The translations under genes and the position numbers were made by a program. The notes beneath the pieces were generated by a model. The model was not told the DNA's origin. It did no database searches and saw only the letters and a list, made by a program, of their open reading frames with translations. From Anaeramoeba ignava BMAN (taxonomy: Eukaryota; Protista; Anaeramoebae), in the NCBI GenBank assembly GCA_028826165.1, contig JAPDFW010000054.1, positions 372,001 through 436,000 of the forward strand: a stretch of DNA of 64,000 bases, given 5' to 3'. Of the stretch, positions 48,401-62,400 are shown in pieces (the stretch's first letter is position 1; every line of letters begins with the position of its first letter).

Positions 48401-49221
48401 GTGTATAACATTGCCACTAATTCATGACCAGAACGAGTTGTTTGATTCTATTTCAAAAATAATAATAAATAAATTTAAATTAGAAATAAATTTGGAAATG
48501 TTTTTAAATGTTTTGTTTTTGAAATGTTTTGTTTTTAAATGTTTTGTTTTTAAATGTTTGTTTTTAAATGTTTTATTTTGAAATGCTTTATTTTTAAATG
48601 TTTTATTTTTAAATGTTTTGTTTTTAAATGTTTTATTTTTAAATGTTGTGAAATGTTTTATTTTTAAATGTTTTATTTTTAAATGCTTTGTTTTTAAATG
48701 TTGTTAAATATTTTATTATTAAATGTTTTGTTTTTAAATGTTTTATTATTAAATATTTTATTTTTAAATGTTTTGTTTTTAAATGTTTTATTATTAAATA
48801 TTTTATTTTTAAATATTTTGTTTTTAAATATTTTGTTTTGAAATGTTGTTAAATGTTTTATTATTAAATATTTTATGTTTAAATGTCGAAATTTTTTTTT
48901 CGGTTAATTTTTTATTTTAAAAAATTTATATATATTTTTTTTTTTCAATTATTTCTCAAAAAGATTTTTTTTTCTTTTGGTAAATTTAATAAAAAAAACA
49001 AAAACAAAAACAAAAAAAATAAAACTAACAAATTGATCGATTAATTCAATTTCTTTAGAAAGAGGAGAATCTTGAAAAGCAAGACGATCTCGAAATTGAA
49101 GAGAATCGTTGCCTTCATAACTCAAAACTGGAGACATTGCTTCTATATTTGGTGTGTCATCAATAAAATGTAATTGCATTAACTTATTAACCGGATTTTG
49201 AGGATTCATTGGTTGTGCCAT
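42462..49221 (-). CDS. CYFIP: CYFIP/Sra1/PIR121 (WAVE regulatory complex), 10 exons
   Basis: MLYTHRS, LYGDM, LGFLWFREF, QFPVEHSLPWIL, PLSIYNDAA, QQFLFEEIQAEVDLCFDQ, QRHFKLLGR, EFYRLWSSLQF, FGDGFAWAG; all 9 introns read GT-AG in frame. Confidence 0.96.
43011..43365 (-). repeat. CYFIP intron of (TTTTATAAATGAA)/(TTTTAA) units on +
   Basis: Seen directly. Confidence 0.85.
44800..45876 (-). repeat. CYFIP intron of (TATTTTAA)n-type 8-9-mers on +
   Basis: About 1.08 kb array between GT-AG boundaries. Confidence 0.92.
47915..48369 (-). repeat. CYFIP intron of (TTTGAA/TTTTGA)n on +
   Basis: Seen directly. Confidence 0.88.
48490..48885 (-). repeat. CYFIP intron-1 array of 15-mer (TTTTTAAATGTTTTR)n on +
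   Basis: Seen directly. Confidence 0.88.
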
Positions 49222-49399
49222 TCTTTTAATAAAATTATAAAAGAAAAAAAAAATGAAAAAGAAAAAAATGAAAGAAGAAAAAAATAAAAATGAAAAAAAA
49301 AAAAGAAAAAATTTTTTAACAAATCATTTTTTATCAAAATTACTCATAAAAAAAAAATTTAATTAAAGATTTTGTTATTTATTTTTTTTTTATTTAGAT

Positions 49400-51488
49400 T
49401 TAATAGTTTAAAAATCGAAAAGCTGTTTCTTTTTCTTCAATTAATTCTTTTGCACTTTCTTCCATTTTTTTCTTTGTAAATTCTTCAATTTTTAAATTTT
49501 TTATAATTTGCCATTCTGAATTAAAGCAAACAACAGGAAAAGAATAAACAATATCTCTTGGAATTCCATAAGATCCATCTGAAATTACACCAAAAGAAGT
49601 AATTGAATTTGACTAAGCAAAAAAATAAAATAAAAAGCAAAAAAGTGGAATTTTAACGGAAAAAAAAATTTTTTTTTTTCTTGTTTAAAATTTACAGGAG
49701 TTCCTTGAATCCAATCTCTCATATGATCACAAATAGCTTGAGCTGCTGAAGCTGCTGAAGATAAACCTCTTGCATTAATAACAGTTGTTCCTCTTTGTTG
49801 AATTAATTCGATAAAATCTTTTTGGATCCATGTTTTATCTTTAATAACTTCTTCAACTCGAATTTCTTCATCATTTTCATTATCGATTTCATCATCTTCA
49901 TTTATAAAATAAGCTTGAGATACATCAGGAAATTGTGTTGAACTATGATTTCCCCATATTATTACATTTCGAAGTGTTGAAACATTACGATTTGCTTTTA
50001 ATGCTATTTGATATTTGGCTCGATTAAGATCAAGTCTTGTCATTGCACAAAAGTTACTATTTCTAATTCTTGGTGCATTTTTCAAGCAAATTAAACAATT
50101 TCTATTAAAATTTCAATAAAAATTAAAATTCATTTTAAAATTAAAATTAAAATTAAAATTTAAAATTAAAATTAAAATTAAAATTAAAATTAAAATTAAA
50201 ATTTAAATTTAAAATTAAAATTAAAATTAAAATTAAAATTAAAATTAAAATTAAAATTAAAATTAAAATTAAAATTAAATTTAATATTAAAATTCAAATT
50301 TATAAAATTAAAATTAAAATTAAAATTAAAATTAAAATTAAAATTAAAAATAAAATTAAAAATCGGATAAAAATTAAAATTAAAATTAAAATTTAAAATT
50401 AAAATTAAAATTAAAATTAAAATTAAAATTAAAATTAAAATTAAAATTAAAATTAAAATTAAAATTAAAATTAAAATTAAAATTAAAATTCGGATAAAAA
50501 TTAAAATTGAAATTAAAATTAAAATTAAAATTAAAATTAAAATTAAAATTGAAAATCGGATAAAAATTAAAATTAAAATTAAAATTAAAATTAAAATTAA
50601 AATTTGAATTTATACGTGTTTGCTGGATTTCCAACAACTAAAACCTTAATTCTTCTATCTGCATATTCATTAATAGCTCTTCCTTGTTCTTCAAAAATTT
50701 TAGAATTTGCTTCTATTAAATCTTTTCTTTGCATATTTTTCCCTCTTGGTTTTGCACCAATAAGTATAGCGTATTGACATTTTTCAAAAGCAACTTTCAA
50801 ATCTGTTGTAATTGTAATAGATTTCAAAGAAGAAAATAAACATTCTTCTAATTCCATTTGAAGAGCTTTTTAAATTGAATTTAAAATTAAAATTAAAATT
50901 AAAATTAAAATTAAAATTAAAATTAAAATTAAAATTAAAATTAAAATTAAAATTAAAATTAAAATTAAAATTTAAAATTAAAATTAAAATTAAAATTAAA
51001 ATTAAAATTAAAATTAAAATTAAAATTAAAATTAAAATTAAAATTAAAATTAAAATTTAAAATTAAAATTAAAATTAATATCAAAATTAAAATTAAAATT
51101 AAAATTAAAATCAAAAATTAAAATTAAAATTAAAATTAAAATTAAAATTAAAATTAAAATTAAAATTAAAATTAAAATTAAAATTAAAATTAAAATTAAA
51201 ATTAAAATTTAAATTGAATTTAAAATTAAAATTAAAATTCAAAATTAAAATTAAAATTAAAATTAAAAATAAAATTAAAATTAAAATTAAAATTAAAATT
51301 AAAATTTAAATTTAAAATTTATTATTAAATGGTTTACCTTCAAGTAAAGGAAATGCAGGTTCAATATCAAGTAATGCTAAATTAATTAATTGACTTTTGC
51401 CAAATATTTCACCATTAGCAACTTTAAATGCAACAATTTGACCAATTTGACCAGCAGCACCTGTAATACAAACATGAAGAGGTTTCAT
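49400..51488 (-). CDS. MDH1: Cytosolic-type malate dehydrogenase, 4 exons
   Basis: ITGAAGQIG, GAKPRGKNMQRKDLIEAN (specificity Arg retained), VGNPANTNC, MTRLDLNRA, IWGNHSSTQFPD, RGLSSAASAA, SYGIP..YSFPV. Confidence 0.96.
50102..51337 (-). repeat. Two MDH introns of (AAAATT)n on + (about 50102-50615 and 50866-51337)
   Basis: Hexamer arrays flanking MDH exon 2. Confidence 0.9.
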
Positions 51489-51615
51489 TTTAAAGAATAA
51501 AGAAAGAGAAAAAAATGATTTTTATTTTTAATTTTTAATTTTTCATTTTTAATTTTTTAATTTTTTAATTTTTTCATTTTTTCATTTTTCATTTTTCATT
51601 TTTTCATTTTAACTG

Positions 51616-54600
51616 ATGACATTTTATCAAGAATTATGTTTAGATATTTTAGATTCATTTGGAAATGTAACAAAAACAATAGCAGAAACTTTACTTCGCC
51701 AAGGAGCATCACAAATAAGTGATATTTCAAAAGCAACATTACTTCCACCTCATGAAGTTAGAATTGGATTAGCAACTCTTTATACACATAATATTGTTAG
51801 CAAAACTAAAGAAGGTTATAAGATTTTTCCTCTTCATATTCTTTCAAGACTTAGATTTCCTCAGTTTATTCATCTTGTTAAAAAAAAATATAAGAAAAAA
51901 TCTCATCCTGTTATTGTTGAATATCTTCTTATTGTTGGTACTTCTTCTGCTGCAAAAATTATCGAGGATTTAACAACTCCAAATAATAAATATACAAAAG
52001 GTTGAAAATAATTCATTTCAAATTTAATTTATTTAATTTAATTTGATTTAATTTAATTTAATTTAATTTAATTTAATTTGATTTAATTTAATTTAATTTG
52101 ATTTAATTTAAATATTTAATTTAATTTAATTTAATTTAATTTAATTTGATTTGATTTAATTTAATTTAAATATTTGATTTAATTTGATTTAATTTAAATA
52201 TTTAATTTTAATTGATTTAATTTAATTTAATTTGATTTGATTTAATATAATTTAATTTAATTTAATTTAATTTAATTTAATTTGATTTAATTTAATTTAA
52301 TTTAATTTAATTTAATTTAATTTAATTTAATTTAATTTGATTTAATTTAATTTAATTTGATTTAATTTAAATATTTAATTTAATTTAATTTAATTTTATT
52401 TAATTTGATTTAATTTAAATATTTAATTTAATTTGATTTAATTTGATTTAATTTGATTTGATTTAATTTAATTTAATTTAATTTAATTTAATTTAATTTA
52501 AATATTTGATTTAATTTGATTTAATTTAAATATTTAATTTAATTTAATTTAATTTAATTTAATTTGATTTGATTTAATTTAATTTTATTTAATTTGATTT
52601 AATTTGATTTGATTTAATTTGATTTAATTTGATTTTAATTTGATTTAATTTAAATATTTAATTTAATTTAAATATTTGGTTTGGTTTAATTTAATTTAAT
52701 TTAATTTAATTTAATTTAATTTGATATTTAATTTGATTTAATTTAATTTAATTTAATTTAATTTGATTTAATTTAATTTAAATATTTGATTTAATTTGAT
52801 TTAATTTAATTTAAATATTTGATTTAATTTGATTTAATTTAATTTAATTTAATTTAATTTAATTTAATTTAAATATTTGATTTAATTTAAATAGAAATCT
52901 TCACTCAAATAGAAATTCAACAAGCAATTAATGAACTTATCCGTGATTTATTAATTATTGATCCAAGTTATAGTATTTTTACACAAATTCAAAATCCAGA
53001 TAACAAAAGATTTGCTGAAAAAAAAACAGAAGAAATTGAAGAAAAAGCAAAATCTAAAAAAAGAAAGAAAAAAGAAATAAATGAATATGAACCTATTAAA
53101 ATTGAAATTAACACAGAAACTGTTAGGAAATTTCATTCTTTAGATTTTGTAGATTTTTTATTATATTTTTTATTATATTTTTTATCCGATTTTTTTTCAT
53201 TTTCAAAATTACTTTTTGAATTTTTAAAATTAGGATGCAAAAAATTATTTAAATACTATCAATGAGGAAAATATAGAAACTAATGAAGAAATAACAAATT
53301 TAGACAATCAAAATGAAATGAAAGAAAATGTTGAAAAAAGCAAAAAGGAAAATAAAGAAGAAGATGAAAAAAATAAAGAAAATGAAGATGAAAAAAAGAA
53401 ATCAAGGAAATCAAAATCAAAAAAATCAAAACACAAACATGAACATAAACATAAGCATAAACATAAGCATTCAAAATCAAAAGAGAAATCCAAAAAGGAA
53501 AAATCCAAAAAGAAGAAAATTGATCAAATCAAATCAAAAATGGAAATTATTCAAGAAAATAAATCACAAGTTCATATTGATAATTCAGCAATTATTCTTC
53601 AAATAAATTTATCACATTTTATTACACTTTATAGGAATCATTTAATTACAAAATATATTTCAAATACTGTTAGAGAAGATATTGGTGAAGCAGCTTCAGC
53701 TATTTTAGATATTGTGAATTTTGCAGAAATGAATTATAAACTTACAAATATAAAAGGATTGGAAAAATATGAAAATTTACATTTTCAATGTAGTTATTAT
53801 TAAATAATAATAAATATTAAATAATAATAATAATAATAATATTAAATAATAAATAATATTAAATAATAATAAAATAATAAATAATAATAAATAATAATAT
53901 TAAATAATATTAAATAATAATATTAAATAATAAATAATATTAAATAATATTAAATAATATTAAATAATATTAAATAATATTAAATAATAAATAATAATAA
54001 TAATAAATAATATTATTAAATATTTTTTATTCACAATAGTCTCTTTTTCCAGAAAATGCCTTTTGAAAATCTTCCCAGAATCAAATTCACAAAGACCACA
54101 ACATAATAAAATAATTGATATTTTATGTGATGAAAGAATTCGGTTATTAAGAGACATCGAACTTGAATCACTTCTTCAATCTCACAAAAGCAAAAACAAT
54201 TCAAAAGTTTTTACATCAGAAATTCTTAAACAACGTTCTTCAAATTTAGTTTTTGATTTATCAACAATTTCTCAAAAAATGAAAGAAAGAATTTTAAGTG
54301 GAATTGTTTCTAAACGTTTTGGTTCAAAATCCTTTAGAATATTTAATTTATTACTTCGTAAAGGAATGTTAGAAGAAAAAATCATTGCAAATATGACTTT
54401 ATTTTCTCCTCAAGAAACAAAACAAGAATTATATCGACTTCTTCAAGAAAAAGTTGTTTTTCTTCAAGTAAATTAATTTTATTCCAAAAAATTTTTTTCC
54501 GATTTTGAAAAATTTTAATTTTTAAATTAAAATCAAAAGCCAATTCCTCGTTCAAGTGATAATTCTCATGCTAGAGCTCTTTATCTTTGGAAAGTTAATT

Positions 54601-54891
54601 TTGATTTATTTGCTCAACAAAATCTTGATAAAATTCATCAATCTGCTCATAATTTATTAATTAGAATGACTTATGAATTAATGAAAGGTAAAAATTAAAA
54701 TTAAAATTAAAATTAAAATTTAAAATTTATTTGATTTTTTTTTAGCTGAAAATTTAAATAAGAAAGAACTTCAAGGTCTTTTAACTGATGAAGATAAAAA
54801 TAATCTTTCAAATCTTGGAAATAAAGTTATGTGTCTTGAAAATGCAATTCTTCAACTTGATAAAGAAATGACTGTTTTAAGAGATCTTTAA
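51616..54891 (+). CDS. POLR3C: RNA polymerase III subunit RPC3 (C62/C82), 6 exons
   Basis: LCLDILDSFG..AETLLRQG..VRIGLATLYTHNIV..RLRFPQFI; IVSKRFGSKSFRIFNLLLRKGMLEEKII..KQELYRL..FLQPIPRSSD..LYLWKVN; 5 GT-AG introns in frame. Confidence 0.9.
52001..52894 (+). repeat. RPC3 intron of (AATTT/GATTT)n
   Basis: 894-nt intron; the motif is the reverse complement of the 38300-39572 array. Confidence 0.92.
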
Positions 54892-55252
54892 ATAATTTTT
54901 CATTTTAAAATTTAAAATTAGAAATTTGATTTCTTTACTTTTATTTTTCTGATTTTAATTAATTTAAATAATAAAAATCAATTATTTAAGAAATAAAGAT
55001 AAAAAGAAAAAGGAAAAAACAAAAGATTTTATTTCCTTATTTTTAAAATTTCAAATTAAATCAAATTAAATCAAATTGTTTTTTTCTTTCTTTTTTTTTT
55101 GAAGAAAAAAATTGAGGAACAAAATTCAAATGATTAAAAAAGATATTTTTGGATAAAATTATAAATTGGAATTAATTCATAAAATTTTTTTCTTCTTTTT
55201 TCTTCTTTTTTTTTTCTTTTTGAGTTGAAGAAATTTTTAAAAGATGTTCTAT

Positions 55253-58200
55253 TTAATTTTGTTTAGAAGAAAATTTTTCAGCAAAAAAACGAACATCTTC
55301 ATCTTTATCTTTTTTAAGTTCTTCAAAACAAGGATAAATTTTCTGTTCTAAAGTTTCTGTATCAAGAAAAGCTGAAATTTCTCCTAAAACTTGTGCTAAA
55401 CTAAATCTAACATTTGGAACTGAATCTTTTTGTGCTAAAAGGATATTTGGAATAATTTTTTGTTTTAAAATTTCTTTATTAAAAACTGGAGCAAGTAACT
55501 AATTTTCAAATAATTTTCAAATAATTTTCAAATAAATTTTAATTTTAATTTTCAAATAAATTTTAATTTTAATTTTCAAATAAATTTTCATTTTAATTTT
55601 CAAATAATTTTCAAATAAATTTTAATTTTCAAATAAATTTCAAATAAATTCTAATTTTCAAATAATTTTCAAATAATTTTCAAATAATTTTTAATTTTAA
55701 TTTTCAAATAAATTTTAATTTTCAAATAAATTTGAATTTTAATTTTCAAATAAATTTTAATTTTCATTTTCAAATCAATTTTAATTTTAATTTTAATTTT
55801 AATTTTCAAATAAATTTTAATTTTAATTTTCAAATAAATTTTTAATTTTAATTTTCAAATCAATTTTAATTTTAATTTTAATTTTAATTTTAATTTTAAT
55901 TTTAATTTTCATTTTAATTTTCAAATAATTTTTAATTTTCAAATAAATTTCAAATAAATTTTCATTTTAATTTTAATTTTCAAATGAATTTTAATTTTAA
56001 TTTTTATAATTACAGAAGTTGTTTTAAGTCCAGTTTCTCTAATTAAATAATTCGAATCAGAAATTAAAGATAAAATTTTTTCTAAAAGTTTTTGTTCAAC
56101 CCAATCTGAACCAAGAAATCCACATAATTTAAATAAATTTTGAGCAGCAACATCTCTAATAATTGAAACAGGATCTTTTAACCAATTAAAATATAAATCA
56201 GCAATTTTATCATCTATTAAAGTAATTCCCTATTAATTGAAATTGATTCAAAAAAAAATTTATTTTTAAATTGTTTTTTTTTTTAAATAAAATTATTTTC
56301 AATTTGAAAAAGGTTTTTTTTTACAATATTTTCTGAAGGTAAATTTGGAATAAATTCAATTATAGTTTTTCTAATTCTCCATTGTGGATCATCAGATAAT
56401 TTAATAATAGAAGGAAATATTTCTTTTGCAAGTGATTCTACTCCAATAACATTTGTAATTTCTTTTAATTTAGAAATAACTGCTAATCGTACTTGATATT
56501 TTTCTTCTGATAACATTTCTAAATATAAGGGTAATAAATATTTCATTGTTAAATCTTGTCCCAATATTGTTGATAAAGAAGAAATAGAAGAAGCAAATCC
56601 AGCTTTTTTGAATGAATTAAAAAAAGTAGAATATAAATTATTTTAAAAATTATTTTTTAAATTATTATATAAATTATTTTTTAAATTATTATATAAATTA
56701 TTTTTTAAATTATTTCATAAATTATTTTATAAATTATTATATAAATTATTATATAAATTATTTTTAAATTATTATATAAATTATTTTATAAATTATTTTA
56801 TAAATTATTTTATAAATTATTTCATGAATTATTTTTTAAATTATTTTATAAATACCTTTTGTGTTTGTGGACTTTTCATTTATCATTTCTGAACAAACTG
56901 GAATAATTTCATTCACTATAACATCTGGAAATTCATGAATATATGAACAAAATTCATCAATTTTATAAGAAGTTCTAGTTCTAACTTCCCCTTCATTATC
57001 AGAAATTAATTTCACAAATATTGGAACAATAATTTTAACAACAATTTGAGGTTCAATATTATGCTCAAGCTATTTAAAAAAAAGGAAAAATGTGTTTTTT
57101 TTTCAAAAATAAAAAGAAATTGTTTTGAATATCAAATAAACAACAAACTTCACAAATTTGTTCCGCTAATGAATAGCGTACTCGCCATGAACGATCTTCA
57201 ACAAGAGATTCCAATATAGGAAGAATAAATTGTGATATTTCATTCTCAGAATGAAAAAGTTTCAATAAAGAAATGCAAACATCAATAGATAACAAACGAA
57301 CACTATCCTCATCATCATTTGCAATTATTTTAACAAGAGGAAGTAGATGTTCTTGAACTATCTCAGAATCTGCAATTCTAACAATTTCCTAATGTTTTTA
57401 ATTAATGGATTAAAATTCTTTTTTTTTTCTTTTGGATTTCAATAAATTATAATTATGATCACAAACAGAAAGAGATTTTGCAGCTGCTCTACGAACCATT
57501 GTTGTTTCATTTTCAACTAAATCACTAAGAGCACTTAATTGTTAAATAAATTAAAAGTATTTTCAGGATATTTAAGCTGAATTATAATTCTTTTTTTTTT
57601 TTTTGATTTTGAAATTGAAATGTATTATTAAATACACAATTAATGTATCTTTTTTCTCCAGTGGAACTTTTGGATAAACAAGAGGCATTAGTTGTAAAGC
57701 AGAAATACGAGGAGAAAACCATTCTCCTGATTGTAGTTCATTAACAAGAGTAAATAAATGTGTTTCAATTTCTTTATCAGTTAATTTTTCTGCAATTCGA
57801 GAAATAGAATCAACACTCTTTCATTATTTATTTTTTAATTCATTTTTAATTTAAAAGAAGAGAAAAATTGTTTAATTTCTTACTTTTTCTCTCACAATAG
57901 ATTCCTCAACTGTAAGAAAATTCTTTAAAAGAGGAACTAAAACATAAACATATTTTTCTTCAATAAAATTAACTAATTTCCCAATTTCTTCAGCAAATGT
58001 TGAAAGTATTTCATCTTCATCAGAATCGTCAATAGATTCTATTAATTTATTAATAATTTATAAATAATTTATAACGATTTAATTTTTTTAAATAAATAAA
58101 TAACAAACCACTAAGTGTTGGAATTAGTTCTTCAAGTGTTTTTTTGGAACCAAGAATTTCTGCAATTTTTGTTGTTTTTTGTAATGCAGATAAACGAACA

Positions 58201-59154
58201 TTTCTATTTTCATTATGTAAATCCTCTGTAAAAGTTTCAAGAGGATTTATTGTTTCTTTTTCTTTTTCTTTTTCTTTTTCTATGTCTTTTTATTTATAAT
58301 TAATTTAATAATTTTATAAATAATTTTATAAATAATTTTATAATTAATTTTATAATTAATTTTATAATTAATTTAATAAATAATTTTATAAATAATTTTA
58401 TAATTAATTTTATAATTAATTTTATAATTAATTTTATAAATAATTTTATAAATAATTTAATAAATAATTTTATAAATAATTTTATAATTAATTTTATAAA
58501 TAATTTTAATAAATAATTTAATAAATAATTTTATAATTAATTTTATAATTAATTTTATAAATAATTTAATAAATAATTTTATAAATAATTTTATAATTAA
58601 TTTTATAAATAATTTTATAAATAATTTTATAAATAATTTTATAATTAATTTTATAAATAATTTTATAAATAATTTTATAAATAATTTTATAAATAATTTT
58701 ATAAATAATTTTATAAATAATTTAATAAATAATTTTATATTTAATTTTATAAATAATTTTATAATTAATTTTATAATTAATTTTATAATTAATTTTATAA
58801 ATAATTTTATAAATAATTTAATAATTAATTTTATAAATAATTTAATAAATAATTTTATAAATAATTTTATAAATAATTTTATAAATAATTTAATAAATAA
58901 TTTAATAAATAATTTTATAAATAATTTTATAATTAAATTTATAATTAATTTAATAATTAATTTAATAATTAATTTAATTTAAGATTAAATTTATAATTTT
59001 GATATTTTTTTAACGAATGTTTTTTTTTCTTTTTGTTTTTGGTTATTTTGTTTTTTATGTGTTGTTTTTTGTTGATATTTTGATATTTTGATATTTTGAT
59101 TGAAAAAAAAATTAATTAAAATTAAATTTTAAATTAATTACCCATTTTATTCAT
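55253..59154 (-). CDS. PPP2R1A: PP2A scaffold (A) subunit, HEAT repeats, 10 exons
   Basis: INPLETFTEDL..VRLSAL, EESIVREK, EWFSPRISA, TMVRRAAA, DEDSVRLL, DRSWRVRY, DPQWRIR, VPNVRF, DEDVRFFA; first exon ATGAATAAAATGG (59154-59142). Confidence 0.94.
55499..56013 (-). repeat. PP2A-A intron of (TTTTCAAATAA)/(TTTTAA) units on +
   Basis: Seen directly. Confidence 0.85.
58290..58980 (-). repeat. PP2A-A intron-1 array (ATAAATAATTTT)n on +
   Basis: 12-mer array; a related 12-mer fills about 56630-56853. Confidence 0.9.
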
Positions 59155-59401
59155 TAGTTTTAAAAAAAAAAAGAAAGTAAAAGAAGTGATAAAAAAAAAA
59201 TGAAAAAAATGAAAAAAAAAAATTTAATTTTTTTTAATTTTAAAAAACAAAAAAAAATGACTTTGAAAAGAAGAATAAATAATTAAAACAACAAAAATAA
59301 AAATAAAAATATTTTTTTTTCTCCTTTTTGTTTTTTTTAATTTTTTAATTTTTAATTTTTCATTTTTTTTTGTTTGATTGATTTTAAAAATTTTTGAAAC
59401 A

Positions 59402-62400
59402 ATGAATTTCATTTTCTTTTTTGTTTTTTTAATAATTTCTTTACATTTAATTCAAGCAACAGATTATCCAAATATGTTTGAGATATCAACAAGACCTTGG
59501 CTTTATTCTTTATCACAAAAATATGGACGTTCAATTACAAAACTCACGTATTTATTTTTATAATTAAATTTATAATTAAATTTTTATTTAATTTTATTAT
59601 TTAAATTTTTAATTAAATTTTTATTTAAATTTTTTAAGTGAAATTCCTGATGCTGAATTTGAAAACCTTGCAAATCAAGGAATTGATTTAGTTTGGATGA
59701 TGGGAGTTTGGCAATTAGGAGCTTATGGTAAATATTTTGAAATTATTAATTTTATAATTTTTATTTTTTTTTATTTTTTATTTAGGTCTTAATTATGATA
59801 GAACTGACCCAGACCTTTTGAATTATTATAGTCAAGTTTTACCTGGTTATACTCAAGATGATATTATTGGTTCTCCTTATGCTGTTGTTGATTATACTTG
59901 TAATTCTGAAATTGGAACAGATGATGATCTTAAATGGTTACATTCTAAATTAAATTCACTTGGAATGAAATTGATGCTTGATTTTGTAATTGATTTAATA
60001 TTTAATTTATTATTTAATATTTAATATTTATTTAATTTATTATTTAATATTTAAATTAATATTTAATTTAATATTTAATTGATTTAATATTTAATTTAAT
60101 ATTTAATTTAATATTTATTATTTAATATTTAATATTTAATTTAATATTTATTATTTAATATTTAATATTTAATATTTAATATTTGATTTAATATTTGATA
60201 TTTAATATTTTATTTATTTATTATTTAATATTTAATATTTAATATTTAATATTTATTATTTAATTTAATATTTAATTAATTTAATATTTTATTTAATATT
60301 TTATTTAATATTTAATTGATTTAATATTTAATTTAATATTTAATTGATTTAATATTTAATTTAATATTTAAATTAATATTTAATATTTAATTGATTTAAT
60401 ATTTAATTTAATATTTAAATTAATATTTAATATTTAATTGATTTAATATTTAATTTAATATTTAAATTAATATTTAATATTTAATTTTTATTATTTAATA
60501 TTTATTATTTAATATTTAATTTAATATTTATTATTTAATATTTAATTTAATATTTAATTGATTTAATATTTTATATTTAATATTTAATATTTAATTAATT
60601 TAATATTTTATTTAATATTTAATTGATTTAATATTTAATATTTAATATTTGATTTCAAAAGGTACCAAATCATTCTGCAGTAGATTGCCCTTGGACTTCA
60701 AGTAATATGGATTATTATATTCGAGCACCAAAAGGAACAGAACCACCTTATGATCCTTCAAAATATCTTTCAAATGGAATTGGTAATTAAAATTCATTAT
60801 ATTTTTTTATATATTTATTTTTATATATTATTTTCATTTTAATTAAAATTAGCGTATGGAGGTGATATGTATGATGGAAGTTGGAAAGATACAGCTCAAT
60901 TGTAATTTTAATCATAAATAATCAAGAATTCTTCTTTTTTTTTAATTTTACTTTTTATAATTTAATACAAAAATTTTTTGATAAAATAAAATAAAATAAA
61001 TAATCAATAAGGAATTATTGGAATATGGATTTAAAAGCACAAAGAATTGCACAAATGAAACACATTGCATCTTTATCAGTAAATAAATTATAAATTAATT
61101 ATAAATTATAAATTATAAATTTTTAATTCTAATTTTCATGTTAATTTAGGATGGAATGAGATGTGATATGGCAATGCTTGTAAAAAATCATTTTAAACAT
61201 TTAAATTTCAACACATAAAAAAAAGAAAATATTAAAAATATAAATTAAAAATAACAAGATATTAAATGATATCATTGAACAAGCTTGGGGAACACAATTA
61301 TCTTCATGGGGTTATTCTCGACCATCAACTGAATTCTGGGCAGATGCAATTAGTGAAGTTAAACAAAGTTATCCAAACACTATTTTCTTAGCTGAAGTTT
61401 ATTGGGGAAAAGAACCTGATTTAATTTCTATGGGTTTTGATTATGTTTATGATAAAACTCTTCTTGATAATCTTGCTTCTTATAATTTGGCAAATATTTG
61501 GGGTTATCTTCAAAATATGCCATATGATATTAGTCATGCAGCTAATTTTATTGAAAACCATGATGTAAATTAAAATTAAAATTATAATTAAAATTAAAAT
61601 TAAAATTAAAATTAAAATTAAAAATAAAATTAATATTAAAATTATAATTAAAATTAAAATTAAAATTAAAATTTAAAATTAAAATTAAAATTAAAATCAA
61701 AATCAAAATTAAAATACAAATTATAATTAATATTAAAATTAATATTAAAATTAAAATTAAAATTAAAATTAAAATTAAAATTAAAATTAAAATTAAAATT
61801 AAAATTAAAATTAAAATTAAAATTAAAATTAAAATTAAAATTAAAATTAAAATCAAAATTAAAATTAAAATTAAAATTAAAATTAAAATTAAAATCAAAA
61901 TTAAAATTAAAATTAAAATTAAAATTAAAATTAAAATTAAAATCAAAATTAAAATTAAAATTAAAATTAAAATTAAAATTAAAATTAAAATTAAAATTAA
62001 AATTAAAATTAAAATTAAAATTAAAATTATAATTAAAATTAAAATTAAAATTAAAATTAAAATTAAAATTAAAATTAAAATTAAAATTAAAATTAAAATT
62101 AAAATTATAATTAAAATTAAAATTAAAATTAAAATTAATATTAATATTAAAATTAAAATTAAAATTAAAATTAAAATTAAAATTAAAATTAAAAATTAAA
62201 ATTAAAATTAAAATTATAATTAAAATTAAAATTAAAATTAAAAATTAAAATTAAAATTATAATTAAAATTAAAATTATAATTAAAATTAAAATTAAAATC
62301 AAAATTATAATTAAAATTAAAATTAAAATCAAAATTAAAATTAAAATTAAAATTAAAATTATAAAATTAAAATTAAAATTAAAATTATAATTAAAATTAT

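Noticed and set aside
49400-51488. Trichomonad-type LDH derived from cytosolic MDH
   Set aside because: The specificity Arg (KPRG..RKDL) is retained, indicating MDH.
54889-54892. TAAA stop-overlapping polyadenylation signal as in Trichomonas
   Set aside because: TAA followed by A is seen at several genes but is expected often by chance at this AT content; needs 3'-end data.
12303-61946. Many ORF-track entries made of KIKIKI, ILILIL, FNFNFN, YLYLYL, SNQIN or IIKF repeats (e.g. 12303-12617, 17905-18168, 21767-21955, 31068-31616, 47952-48149, 50875-51060, 61548-61946)
   Set aside because: Stop-free frames of intronic or intergenic microsatellites, not genes.
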